From positions 37,999 through 101,998 of the forward strand of contig CAWIDS010000003.1 of the NCBI GenBank assembly GCA_963834935.1: DNA of 64,000 nucleotides, written 5' to 3'. The position numbers and the translations under genes were made by a program. Positions 21,372 to 30,596 of this stretch are shown in pieces. The notes under the pieces were generated by a model. That model saw only the letters and a list, made by a program, of their open reading frames with translations. It was not told the DNA's origin and searched no databases. Each line of letters starts with the position of its first letter. Positions within the stretch are counted from its first letter, which is position 1. The stretch is from Candidatus Nomurabacteria bacterium. Lineage in GTDB: Bacteria; Patescibacteriota; Minisyncoccia; Phycocordibacterales; CALRBL01.

Positions 21372-21744
21372 ATGGAAATAAAATATATCGAAGTACCGGA
21401 AGGCCTCAGCAAGGCCATTTTGTCTAAAATAGATGAATTGGAAAACCGAAGAGCAAGGTTTCACTTTGCTCTTTTTAGCTGCATTTCCTTGACGTCATTA
21501 AGCGGAGTCATCGGCAGCCTGATGTATCTCTGGAAATATCCTTATGACTGGCTTCGATCAGTACCTTTCCCTCGCCTTTTCAGACAGCAGCGTCCTTATC
21601 ACTTATTGGAAGGAGCTTTCATTGTCTCTCGTTGAATCGCTGCCGCTGATGGCAGTGATGCTGGTGCTTGGCGCTCTCGGACTCTTCATCTGGTCTTCAG
21701 CAAAGGCATTTCAGGATGCTGAGACATTATTCTTAACCGCATAG
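21372..21744 (+). pseudogene. Two-TM putative anti-sigma protein, frameshifted near 21540
   Basis: ORFs MEIKYIEVP...LMYLWKY and MTGFDQYLSL...ESLP join into one coherent membrane protein if one indel is removed. Confidence 0.65.
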
Positions 21745-21752
21745 CATTTTTT

Positions 21753-22220
21753 ATGACAAAATACACGAAATACGTGCTTTCAAGCATCATCGGATTGATA
21801 GTAGCGATCTTGATTTTCCAAGCTGGAGTCTTCGTCGGCTATCACAAAGCCTCTTTCTCTTACCGATTCGGTGACAATTACTCCCGCAATTTCATGGGTC
21901 CTCGCGGAGGTATCATGGATACGCGTGACAATATGATGGGAGGCGACGGAGCTTCCGGAAAGATCATAAAGATCAGCCTGCCTGACATCATCGTCTCAAG
22001 CCCGGACAACACCGAAAAGACCGTGGTTCTTGGAAATGATACTTCCTTCAGGGAATTTCACGGCGTAATCACGGCGCAAGATCTCAAGGTAGATGATTTC
22101 GTGGTGGTTCTCGGCACGCCTGACAATAAGGGAGAGATCGATGCAAAGCTCGTGCGCGTGCTGCCAACGCCTCCTCCAAGCCCAGATGCGACCAGCACGG
22201 CGACCACTTCAAACCAATAA
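21753..22220 (+). CDS. Membrane-anchored protein with DUF5666-like beta domain
   Basis: TM, Gly/Met linker, DLKVDDFVVVLG...IDAKLV pattern. Confidence 0.75.
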   Translation: MTKYTKYVLSSIIGLIVAILIFQAGVFVGYHKASFSYRFGDNYSRNFMGPRGGIMDTRDNMMGGDGASGKIIKISLPDIIVSSPDNTEKTVVLGNDTSFREFHGVITAQDLKVDDFVVVLGTPDNKGEIDAKLVRVLPTPPPSPDATSTATTSNQ

Positions 22221-22233
22221 TCAATAAAATCCA

Positions 22234-24030
22234 ATGAATATCCAAACCATAAAAAATTTATTCGCATCAATAAAAAAATATGCGCTCGCGCACAAGGTGA
22301 TCAGCGGAATAGTGTTGGTCGTAATCCTTTTCGGCGGATATGAAGCGGTGCATGCTTTCACTAATACGAGCAATCAAACCAAATATGTCGTGGCGACCGT
22401 CCAGGACGGCGCTATCATCCAGACAGTGACAGGAACCGGCCAGGTCTCGGCTTCAAACCAGATCGACCTCCTCGCCAAGGGATCGGGGAATTTAACATCC
22501 GTTACAGGCGCCGTAGGCCAAACATTCAAGGCCGGCGATGTCATTGCCCAGATTGATGACACCGATACATCATTCGCCCTGCAAAATTCGAAGCTTGCCC
22601 TTCAGAAATTGACTGAGCCAGCTGACCAAGTGACATTAGTCGAGGCTCAGAATGCCTTGAATGACGCGATCACTTCAAAAGCGCAGGCTCAAAGCGACCT
22701 CACGACAGCCTATGCCAATGCCCTCAAGACGATGAGCGATACGTTCGTCGATATGCCGGGCGTCATCAGCGGAATGAACAATATGTTCAACACTTCCCAG
22801 GGACTACTGAGCCCAGGCGGAAGCTTTTATAATCTGAACGACGAGATACGTACCGACCGGGATGCTGCCGGAGCGCAGCTTGACGCGTCGAAGACAAAAT
22901 ACACTTCAAACCTTCAGGATTACCAGGCAATCAATACGACGACTCCTACCAGCACGCTTGAAAGCGTTCTCGCGGAAACTCTCGATACCGCCTCTTCCCT
23001 TTCATCAAGCGTAAAAGCGGCAAAAAATACCGTTGACTTGGTTCAGAATCTCAATACATATAATTCAAGCATCACGAGCACTCAGATCACTTCGGCTCAG
23101 ACCAATCTTAATAACTGGCTGACCTTGATGTCCGGGCACGCGGCAGACCTCGCTTCAATACAAGAAACCATACAGACCGACAAGGATGCCATCACGAGCG
23201 CCAATGCCTCGATCAATGACAAAAACCTTTCCCTTATCAAGCTTCAGGACGGCCCTGATCCTATCGACGTGCAGACGCAGGAATTGCAAGTGCAGCAGGA
23301 GCAAGTAGCGTACGACAACAGCTTCATTACAGCACCTTTCGACGGAACTCTTGCGACTCTCAGCATCAAGCAGGATGACGCTGTCACGAGCGGAGAGAAC
23401 GTAGGAACTTTCATCACCAATCAAAATATAGCTACCATTTCCCTCAACGAAGTGGATGCGGCAAAAGTGCAAGTAGGCCAGAAAGTAACGCTTACTTTTG
23501 ATGCGATTCCCGACCTTACCATTTCAGGGACTGTTGGAGAGGTGGATCTAGTCGGAACAGTCAGCCAAGGAGTCGTTACTTATAATGTGCAGATCGGATT
23601 CGATACCCAGGATAGCAGGGTAAGGCCAGGCATGAGCGTGAATGCGAACATCATTACCAATATGAAGCAGAATGTCATTACCGTTCCGAACGCGGCATTG
23701 AAGACCCAAGGCGGAGTGACCTACGTGCAGATATTCAGCCCTGCCCTTCCTTCAGATCCCGCAAACTCAAGCGCTGCAGGAATAGCTACGGCACAAGTGC
23801 CTATCGATCAGCAAGTGCAGATAGGATTGGCCGATGACACTTCGACCGAAATCACTTCCGGCTTGAACGTGGGAGATCAGATCGTCACCAAGACCATCGC
23901 TCCTTCCACCGCAAAAACGACGACCACGCCAAGCATCTTGAGCAGCGTCAGCGGAAGCAGGACGACAGGAGCGGCGGGCGCATTCAGGGGAACTGGAGCG
24001 GCAGGAGCCGGAGCGGCTCGGGGAAATTAA
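22234..24030 (+). CDS. Efflux periplasmic adaptor (MacA/HlyD-like) with long coiled coil
   Basis: ITAPFDG, VRPGMSV, VPNAAL, EITSGL. Confidence 0.92.
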   Translation: MNIQTIKNLFASIKKYALAHKVISGIVLVVILFGGYEAVHAFTNTSNQTKYVVATVQDGAIIQTVTGTGQVSASNQIDLLAKGSGNLTSVTGAVGQTFKAGDVIAQIDDTDTSFALQNSKLALQKLTEPADQVTLVEAQNALNDAITSKAQAQSDLTTAYANALKTMSDTFVDMPGVISGMNNMFNTSQGLLSPGGSFYNLNDEIRTDRDAAGAQLDASKTKYTSNLQDYQAINTTTPTSTLESVLAETLDTASSLSSSVKAAKNTVDLVQNLNTYNSSITSTQITSAQTNLNNWLTLMSGHAADLASIQETIQTDKDAITSANASINDKNLSLIKLQDGPDPIDVQTQELQVQQEQVAYDNSFITAPFDGTLATLSIKQDDAVTSGENVGTFITNQNIATISLNEVDAAKVQVGQKVTLTFDAIPDLTISGTVGEVDLVGTVSQGVVTYNVQIGFDTQDSRVRPGMSVNANIITNMKQNVITVPNAALKTQGGVTYVQIFSPALPSDPANSSAAGIATAQVPIDQQVQIGLADDTSTEITSGLNVGDQIVTKTIAPSTAKTTTTPSILSSVSGSRTTGAAGAFRGTGAAGAGAARGN

Positions 24031-24036
24031 AATCAA

Positions 24037-24747
24037 ATGATCGAAATAAAAAACGTAACGAAGACATATAAAAGCGGAGACTATGATTTCCAAGCTCTCA
24101 AAGGCGTAAGCTTTACCATAAAGGACGGAGAGTTCGTGGCGATCATGGGGCCGTCCGGCTCGGGAAAATCGACGCTCATGCACATCCTTGGCGCGCTCGA
24201 CACGCCGACTTCAGGCAGCTATTTTCTCGATGGCAAAGACGTCTCCACCCTTTCGGACGATGAATTGGCCGACATCCGCAAGGATAAGATCGGCTTCGTC
24301 TTCCAGGCTTTCAACTTGCTTCCCCGCACTACCGTCATCCGCAATACCATGCTTCCCTTGATGTATTCGTCAATCGAGAAAACGAAAAGAGAAGAGCTCG
24401 CTACCAATGCCCTTCTTTCTGCCGGCCTCGACAAAAGCCACTTCTATCACCTTTCGAACCAGCTTTCCGGAGGACAGATACAGCGCGTCGCCATTTCGCG
24501 CGCGCTTGTGAACAATCCGAGCCTTATCCTGGCCGATGAGCCGACAGGAAACCTCGACACAAAGACAGGAGATATCGTCCTCGGCACGTTCCAGAAGCTC
24601 AACCAGGATGAAGGCCGCACCATCGTCCTCATCACCCACGAACGCGATGTCGCCGAGCACGCGGACCGCATCATCTTTATCAAAGACGGTCTTATCCTTG
24701 AAGACAATCCGACGCACGGAAAGAAAAGGATAGCTTACAAAAAATAA
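24037..24747 (+). CDS. MacB-type ABC ATP-binding protein
   Basis: GPSGSGKS, LSGGQ, LADEPTGNLD. Confidence 0.96.
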   Translation: MIEIKNVTKTYKSGDYDFQALKGVSFTIKDGEFVAIMGPSGSGKSTLMHILGALDTPTSGSYFLDGKDVSTLSDDELADIRKDKIGFVFQAFNLLPRTTVIRNTMLPLMYSSIEKTKREELATNALLSAGLDKSHFYHLSNQLSGGQIQRVAISRALVNNPSLILADEPTGNLDTKTGDIVLGTFQKLNQDEGRTIVLITHERDVAEHADRIIFIKDGLILEDNPTHGKKRIAYKK

Positions 24748-24748
24748 T

Positions 24749-25975
24749 ATGCTTCTAAGCGACACACTTCACGAGACATATTCGGCGCTCTCAGCCAACA
24801 AGGCGCGATCGGGCTTGACCATGCTCGGAATCATCATCGGCATCAGCTCGGTCATCGCCTTGGTCGCCGTCGGACAAGGAGCCCAGAGCTCAGTCCAATC
24901 GAGCATCCAATCGATCGGCTCGAACCTCATCCTCGTAATGCCAGGCGCGCAGCGAGCGCCCGGAGCGCAAGTAAGCACAGGAAGAGGAACGGCGCGAACG
25001 CTTACCCAGGAAGATGCGACTGCCATATCGACGGACATCAGCGATGCCCAAGCAGTCGCTCCGGAAAATTCAGGCAGATACCAAGTGACAAGCACTACGG
25101 GATTGAACACGAACACCTCAGTAGTGGGGACAGTTTCCGCCTACCCTACAGTAAGAAATGTCCAGATAGACGAAGGAGACTTCATTTCTGACCAGAATGT
25201 CGCCAACCTTTCGAAAGTGGCAGTGCTCGGGCCGACCGCGCGCGATGACCTCTTCGGAGTCGGCGCTGAAGCGGTCGGCTCGATCATCCGCATCAAGGGA
25301 ATAGATTTCACCGTCATCGGAATAACCAAGGCAAAAGGAGGAAGCGGCTTCGGAAGCCAGGATGACATGATATTCATCCCTCTTTCAAGCGACCTGCGCT
25401 TCCTTGCCGGCGCCGATTATGTCACCACCATCAGCGTCCAGGCTCCGAACAGCAGCGACATGACGAACTTGCAACAGGAAATCACCGACCTTCTTCTCAC
25501 TCGCCACAAGATAACCGACCCTAACCAAGCTGACTTCAGCACATTGAACGAAGCCGATATCGTAGCGACTGCATCAAACGTGACGCAGACCTTCACTGTC
25601 CTTCTCGGTGCCGTTGCAGGAATCTCCCTTCTCGTCGGAGGAATCGGGATCATGAACATGATGCTCACCACCGTCACCGAGCGTACCCGAGAAATCGGGC
25701 TCCGCAAGGCTATCGGCGCGAAGAAAAAAGACATCAGCCTGCAGTTCCTGATCGAAGCCATCGCCCTTACGTTTACCGGAGGAATGATAGGTATCATATT
25801 AGGCTGCAGCATCTCCTTCTTCCTGAATTACTTCGGCATCATCCAGGCCCAGCTTTCCCTCTCGCCTATCCTTCTTGCCTTCGGCGTCTCGGCCCTCATC
25901 GGAATCATATTCGGCTATTATCCCGCTCGGCGGGCTGCCGGGCTCAATCCGATCGAGGCGTTGAGGTTCGAATAA
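24749..25975 (+). CDS. MacB/FtsX-type ABC permease
   Basis: GGIGIMNMML, ERTREIGLRKAIGA, PARRAAGLNPIEALR. Confidence 0.96.
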   Translation: MLLSDTLHETYSALSANKARSGLTMLGIIIGISSVIALVAVGQGAQSSVQSSIQSIGSNLILVMPGAQRAPGAQVSTGRGTARTLTQEDATAISTDISDAQAVAPENSGRYQVTSTTGLNTNTSVVGTVSAYPTVRNVQIDEGDFISDQNVANLSKVAVLGPTARDDLFGVGAEAVGSIIRIKGIDFTVIGITKAKGGSGFGSQDDMIFIPLSSDLRFLAGADYVTTISVQAPNSSDMTNLQQEITDLLLTRHKITDPNQADFSTLNEADIVATASNVTQTFTVLLGAVAGISLLVGGIGIMNMMLTTVTERTREIGLRKAIGAKKKDISLQFLIEAIALTFTGGMIGIILGCSISFFLNYFGIIQAQLSLSPILLAFGVSALIGIIFGYYPARRAAGLNPIEALRFE

Positions 25976-26005
25976 GGCATTATCATTAAAAATTAATTTA
26001 AAAAT

Positions 26006-26419
26006 ATGAACGCAAAAAAAATAACAGGCATCATCGTAGCAGTAATCATCGTCGGAGGAGCATCATTTTACGGAGGAATCAAATATGATCAGAGCACGGC
26101 CAAGCCTTTGACAGCGCAAGCAGGAGGCTTCAGGGGACGAACTGGCGCAGCCGCAGGAGGAAGCGTCACTGCAGGAAGCATCCTTTCAGTCGATCCGACT
26201 GGCATCACAGTCCAGCTTCGCGCCGGAGGATCAAAGATAGTATTCATCTCTTCGAGCACTGCGATAACCAAAAGCGTAACCGGAGCTGCTCAGGATCTCT
26301 CAACTGGCCAGCAAGTGATGGTATCAGGACAGACTAATTCAGACGGCAGTATAGAGGCATCCTCGATCCAGATCCGACCAGACATGGCAAGCACGACATC
26401 AGCCGCTGCTACTCAGTAG
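26006..26419 (+). CDS. Membrane-anchored DUF5666-like protein
   Basis: TM, DLSTGQQVMVSG...IEASSIQI. Confidence 0.75.
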   Translation: MNAKKITGIIVAVIIVGGASFYGGIKYDQSTAKPLTAQAGGFRGRTGAAAGGSVTAGSILSVDPTGITVQLRAGGSKIVFISSSTAITKSVTGAAQDLSTGQQVMVSGQTNSDGSIEASSIQIRPDMASTTSAAATQ

Positions 26420-26420
26420 G

Positions 26421-26909
26421 TCATTTGAAGACGATCGGTACGATGACCGAGTCATCGTTGCTTGAAAGGCCGCTTGAATTATTCTTGCTGAAAACAAGCG
26501 TTCCCTCGCTTCCGGATTGCTGCTTGGCAAAGGTAATCTGAATGCTGAAAGGAACGTATTTGCCGCTTATCCAGTCGCCTTCCGCTTCGGCATCTCCCTT
26601 GAACAAGGAGATGCCTTTTGCGTTCATGAGCTCGACAGGAAAAGTGCCTTCATCATACCAGCCGCGCGCCTTTCCCAAGACGGCGAAAGGCGATGAGATC
26701 ACCATTCCGTCGGTGAGATCATCAAAGACCACCGCATTGACGATGCCTTTTTCGGAAAGGGTGATGGTCGTATTGGGAGACAAGTCAGGATCGGGAGCAT
26801 GCGATTGGACGGGAGCTAGCGAGGGAGCGAAGCCGATCCTCTGGTATATGAAAAAGCTGCCCAAGGCAATGACGACGATTATAAGAGTAAGAAGGATATT
26901 TTTTTTCAT
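26421..26909 (-). CDS. Gmad2-like immunoglobulin-domain protein
   Basis: ISSPFAVLGKARGWYDEGTFPV, VPFS, LVFSKNNSSG. Confidence 0.75.
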   Translation of the reverse strand: MKKNILLTLIIVVIALGSFFIYQRIGFAPSLAPVQSHAPDPDLSPNTTITLSEKGIVNAVVFDDLTDGMVISSPFAVLGKARGWYDEGTFPVELMNAKGISLFKGDAEAEGDWISGKYVPFSIQITFAKQQSGSEGTLVFSKNNSSGLSSNDDSVIVPIVFK

Positions 26910-26910
26910 G

Positions 26911-27951
26911 TCATTTCAGGATATTCCACAAGCGGGGATCTTCCATGCCGAGAACCCATGCCGACATTCCGCGGACATTATTCGAAGTGAGAAGCTGAAG
27001 CTTCTCCTGAAGGCTTGTGACATCCTCATACCATAATATCCTTTTTTCCTTCGTTTTTGTACCCTTTGTCATATATATGACCCAAGGCACTTCTTGCGTC
27101 TGGTCGATGCCGTAGGAAATCTGCCGCTTATCCTTGAAGATAGATTGGGCATAAGAATAGCTATCCTCGGCTGACTTGGCATCCGCTCCGAGCTTCCAGT
27201 TCCATCCGTACACCGGAATGCCGAACGATATCTTATTTGCCGGCAGATTCGCTAAAGCATATTTCAATGCCTGAGCATAGAATGGAAAGCCGGCGACCGG
27301 ACCGATGGAATGCGGGTCGTCATAAGCCATGACGGAAAGAAAATCGACGGAAGGAGCCAGAGCCTTGTAGTCATAAGCGCCGACCCAATCGTTCCAGGAA
27401 GCTGCGGGGTAGTTCGACGGATCGTCACTGGTCTTGGCGACGACAGCAACGCTGAAAGTGAGATTATTCTGGCGGATGACGGTCCCGAGCGCCTGCACGA
27501 ATGCGGAATATTTATCCTTGTACGCCACCCCGATATGCTCGATATCCAATTGCCAGCCTGCAAAACCCTGAGCTTTGGCTTCCTTGACCAAAGCCTGAGC
27601 TATCGCCTGATATTCCGGCGGATTATCCAAGACGCTTTCGATGCCGCTTTCGCTGAACGATTGGTTCACCACAAGCGGCATTATCTTGGTCTGGTGAGCG
27701 CGTGCCAATGCAAGCACGCTGTCCGGAACGCTTCCATACAAGGTGCCTGATGCGGTAAGTCCGTAAGATTGCGGAGCGAGGATATCGATCTTTCCGATAT
27801 TGTCAGAAAGCGAAGCGAAGCCCTTCGTGGTGGGAACGTAATAGAATACCTTCTCGCCTGAATAGAAAAAAGGGATTGTTGAAGCGCGGGCGGAATGAAA
27901 GGAAGCGAGAAAGATGAAAGCGGCAATGATGATCAGCTTACTTCTCATCAT
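26911..27951 (-). CDS. Glycoside hydrolase family 18 (YaaH/SleL-like), secreted
   Basis: GWQLDIE, VMAYD, GIPVYG, WVLGMED; signal peptide. Confidence 0.88.
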   Translation of the reverse strand: MMRSKLIIIAAFIFLASFHSARASTIPFFYSGEKVFYYVPTTKGFASLSDNIGKIDILAPQSYGLTASGTLYGSVPDSVLALARAHQTKIMPLVVNQSFSESGIESVLDNPPEYQAIAQALVKEAKAQGFAGWQLDIEHIGVAYKDKYSAFVQALGTVIRQNNLTFSVAVVAKTSDDPSNYPAASWNDWVGAYDYKALAPSVDFLSVMAYDDPHSIGPVAGFPFYAQALKYALANLPANKISFGIPVYGWNWKLGADAKSAEDSYSYAQSIFKDKRQISYGIDQTQEVPWVIYMTKGTKTKEKRILWYEDVTSLQEKLQLLTSNNVRGMSAWVLGMEDPRLWNILK

Positions 27952-28336
27952 CTTTTTTCTCTTCCGTTTCGAGATTAAGGCAGACTGAATTCATGCAGTA
28001 GCGCTTGCCGGTCGGAGTGCCGATGGCATCATCGAAGATATGGCCGAGATGCGACTTGCAATTGCTGCAGACTACTTCGGTCCTTCTCATGCCATGAGAA
28101 TCGTCATGGATGAATTCGACGCTGCCAGGAAGCGCATCATAAAAGCTTGGCCAGCCAGTGCCGGAATCGAATTTGGTATCGGAAGGAAAGAGCTTCTGTC
28201 CGCAGGCCTTGCACGTATAAATTCCTTTTTCCTTGCTATTCCAATACTTGCCGGTAAAAGGCGCTTCCGTTCCCTTCTCGCGAAGGACCGAATATTCTTC
28301 TGGAGTCAATTTCTTTTTTAGTTCTTCGTTATTCAT
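27938..28336 (-). CDS. msrB: Peptide-methionine (R)-S-oxide reductase
   Basis: GTEAPFTG, GWPSF, HLGHIF, RYCMNS. Confidence 0.98.
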   Translation of the reverse strand: MNNEELKKKLTPEEYSVLREKGTEAPFTGKYWNSKEKGIYTCKACGQKLFPSDTKFDSGTGWPSFYDALPGSVEFIHDDSHGMRRTEVVCSNCKSHLGHIFDDAIGTPTGKRYCMNSVCLNLETEEKKDDEK

Positions 28337-28350
28337 GCTTCCATTCTACC

Positions 28351-29433
28351 CTATTTCGTAAGATTAAAAAGAGCAGGTTCGGTGGAAGTAGCTTCTACCT
28401 TGAAGCTTATCCTTCCGATGTGCTGGCCCGTGCGAGTCTCCACATCTACCCTCCATGAGCCGAGCGCCAAGGAATCCTTCTCGGAATACGTCCGGAAGCC
28501 GTTGTCGCGGCCGCCAACGATGGGAAGGTCGATGCGCGCCGTCTCGACCCACTTCTTGCTCTTGGCGTCGTAATATTGCCAGACATGATAGATATCGGTA
28601 TTGAGGTGGGTCGGCGAAAAGACCGCGCTCCAGACATAGACCGGATCGCCGGCAGCGATATGGACCGTCTCCTGGAATTCGAAGAAATTCCACCAGCTCG
28701 GCAATTCTTCCGCGGTAACGGCATACGTGCCATCTCCATTCCTGGAGATCGAATGATAGATGCCGGCATCCTTAAGCGAAAGCGGCAGCGGCGGGATGAT
28801 ATCGTAGAAATAAAGGACGTTCATGATGACGATGATGCTGAACACGCTTATGAGGACCAGCTTGCGGCTTTGCGCATACTGAGTGGGAGCGATCTTCTTC
28901 AGGATGAAAAGGAATATGCCGATGATGACCAGGCTGATGAATCCGCTCAAGACGAAGATCTCGTCTCCGATCTGATGCACCATTACCGGCACGATGAAGA
29001 TGGCGAAGGAATAAATTGAGACGAAGAGGACTGTTATCTGAAAGACGAGCCGCGTGTAATGCTTTTTCAAGGCCTCGTTGCAGACGAAGACCGCGATGAG
29101 GACAAGGAGGAACGGCCAGCTTACCGCCAGCGTGGCGCTCCTGAAGTAGAAGACGATGAACGTGCTCAACAGTCCTCCGAAGGCGAATTGGATCAAGATA
29201 ACCAGCCAGAAATGCACCCTTTTGTCGCCCTCGGAATTCCTGGTATAAAAATTGATGGCGATGATGCCGAATGCAGCTACTAAAAGATGAGCGAGGACCC
29301 ACAGGTTATCCCAGAACAGGTCCACCCGCGTCAGGCTGACCGCATCGAAAATGAATCCGCTGATGAGGGAAAGAGACGAGATATGCCTTTCATATTTGAA
29401 ATAGAATTTCTTGACGTGCTTCAAGGGCTTCAT
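28351..29433 (-). CDS. DUF2914-domain membrane protein
   Basis: Multi-TM N-terminus; GGRDNGFRTYS, WRVDV; start MKPLKH with TACAAT-N6-ATG. Confidence 0.85.
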   Translation of the reverse strand: MKPLKHVKKFYFKYERHISSLSLISGFIFDAVSLTRVDLFWDNLWVLAHLLVAAFGIIAINFYTRNSEGDKRVHFWLVILIQFAFGGLLSTFIVFYFRSATLAVSWPFLLVLIAVFVCNEALKKHYTRLVFQITVLFVSIYSFAIFIVPVMVHQIGDEIFVLSGFISLVIIGIFLFILKKIAPTQYAQSRKLVLISVFSIIVIMNVLYFYDIIPPLPLSLKDAGIYHSISRNGDGTYAVTAEELPSWWNFFEFQETVHIAAGDPVYVWSAVFSPTHLNTDIYHVWQYYDAKSKKWVETARIDLPIVGGRDNGFRTYSEKDSLALGSWRVDVETRTGQHIGRISFKVEATSTEPALFNLTK

Positions 29434-29490
29434 GCCGCAATTGTAACTTGTTTTGACAGAAATGAACAGATAAGGTTTAATACAGGCCGA

Positions 29491-29904
29491 ATGAGCACAC
29501 TGACATCGCCTCAAGATGTCGCAAAACATCTTCTTAGGAACAGCGGTACCCTTCTCGCCATCAAGCGTCAGACCTTGTATGGGGGACAGCCACTGTCGCG
29601 CAGCCAAATCGGATTGTTGAATGAAATTGGAGACCAGATCATCGGTTTCGGCATCGAGATAGAGAATTTGAAAACAAGTGACATCATGCTCGCCATAATG
29701 GCGGTGAATCATGTCAGGAAGTTCGGAAACTCCTTTTCTCACAATGCCGCGTACCGCCGTAAAAATCAGCTCCAACTTAAACTTCTCTACCGGCGCGACG
29801 TTTCGAGACGCGAGGGTAAAGGAGAATACGTCGGCTGTATTGAGCTTGTACACCGGGAACTCAGCACGCATATTCCCTACGACGTCCTGAACGAGATGGT
29901 TTAG
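29491..29904 (+). CDS. Hypothetical protein, 137 aa
   Basis: TTGACA-N17-TTTAAT upstream; terminator at 29912-29940. Confidence 0.6.
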   Translation: MSTLTSPQDVAKHLLRNSGTLLAIKRQTLYGGQPLSRSQIGLLNEIGDQIIGFGIEIENLKTSDIMLAIMAVNHVRKFGNSFSHNAAYRRKNQLQLKLLYRRDVSRREGKGEYVGCIELVHRELSTHIPYDVLNEMV

Positions 29905-29911
29905 CGACCCC

Positions 29912-29940
29912 AGCCTGCGTCCCCCGGACCAGGCTTTTTT
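29912..29940 (+). terminator. Intrinsic terminator
   Basis: AGCCTG-c-GTCC-ccc-GGAC-CAGGCT followed by T-run. Confidence 0.75.
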
Positions 29941-30004
29941 ATTTGACTGAATTTGCCCAGAACCAGACAAAGAGTATACTGTTTCCGAAACCGAAGGAGG
30001 CTTC

Positions 30005-30142
30005 ATGATCAATAAAATCTGGCATAAGCTTGTCAATCTCTTTTGTGTGATTTTTGTCCTTTTAGTGGTCTTCGTGTGGAACATGTGCATATCCGCCGCG
30101 AAGAAATTGAGGCGCCAAAAGAGGAATAAACATCCGAAATGA
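30005..30142 (+). CDS. Small single-TM peptide, 45 aa (MINKIWHKLVNLFCVIFVLLVVFVWNMCISAAKKLRRQKRNKHPK)
   Basis: Hand-found; AGGAGG RBS, TTGCCC-N16-TATACT promoter, terminator 30145-30168. Confidence 0.7.
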   Translation: MINKIWHKLVNLFCVIFVLLVVFVWNMCISAAKKLRRQKRNKHPK

Positions 30143-30184
30143 ATGCTCCGCTTGCGTGGGGCTTTTTTAATGATATGTTTATGA

Positions 30185-30546
30185 AGGAAAAGCATGCGCC
30201 GATAACGCCCTTCTGGTCTTGGGACGGCGCGACAACAAAACCAGCATCCGGCTGCCGACCCAATGAAAAAACGCCACTTCGCACAAAAAATGAAAATGCT
30301 TTGCTTTGGCATTAGAAGTAGGCTTTGGCGCCAAAAAGTCAAAGCGGGCATGAAGACACGATAAAACGCCTTTGTGCCGCCGGTCTGACAGAATCAGGTG
30401 ATTGAGAATAACAGTGCAAATGGCCATACAGTCGCCCAACGGCCAGCAGCCGACTCATGATGAAAAGGGCTGGAATACACTCCTGTCATAGGTGGAAATC
30501 CAACAATGGTCCCGCGACGGCTCACATGCCGCGCGGGACCTCTTTT
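30185..30546 (+). ncRNA. Candidate structured non-coding RNA
   Basis: Series of hairpins with A-rich linkers ending in a strong GGTCCCGCG...CGCGGGACC-TCTTTT terminator; no convincing ORF; family not recognised. Confidence 0.4.
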
Positions 30547-30596
30547 ATTGACACGTCTATTTAAAGGTATAAAGTTTCCAATCGGAGGAAAAAAAT

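Noticed and set aside
29434-30351. 305-codon N-terminal extension of the DUF2914 ORF (666 aa in the track)
   Set aside because: It reads through + strand genes and terminators; the real start at 29433 has a leaderless -10 box
30181-30546. tmRNA or RNase P RNA
   Set aside because: No tRNA-like GGGG/CCA ends, no tag ending in Ala-Ala, no GAGGAAAGUCC block on either strand
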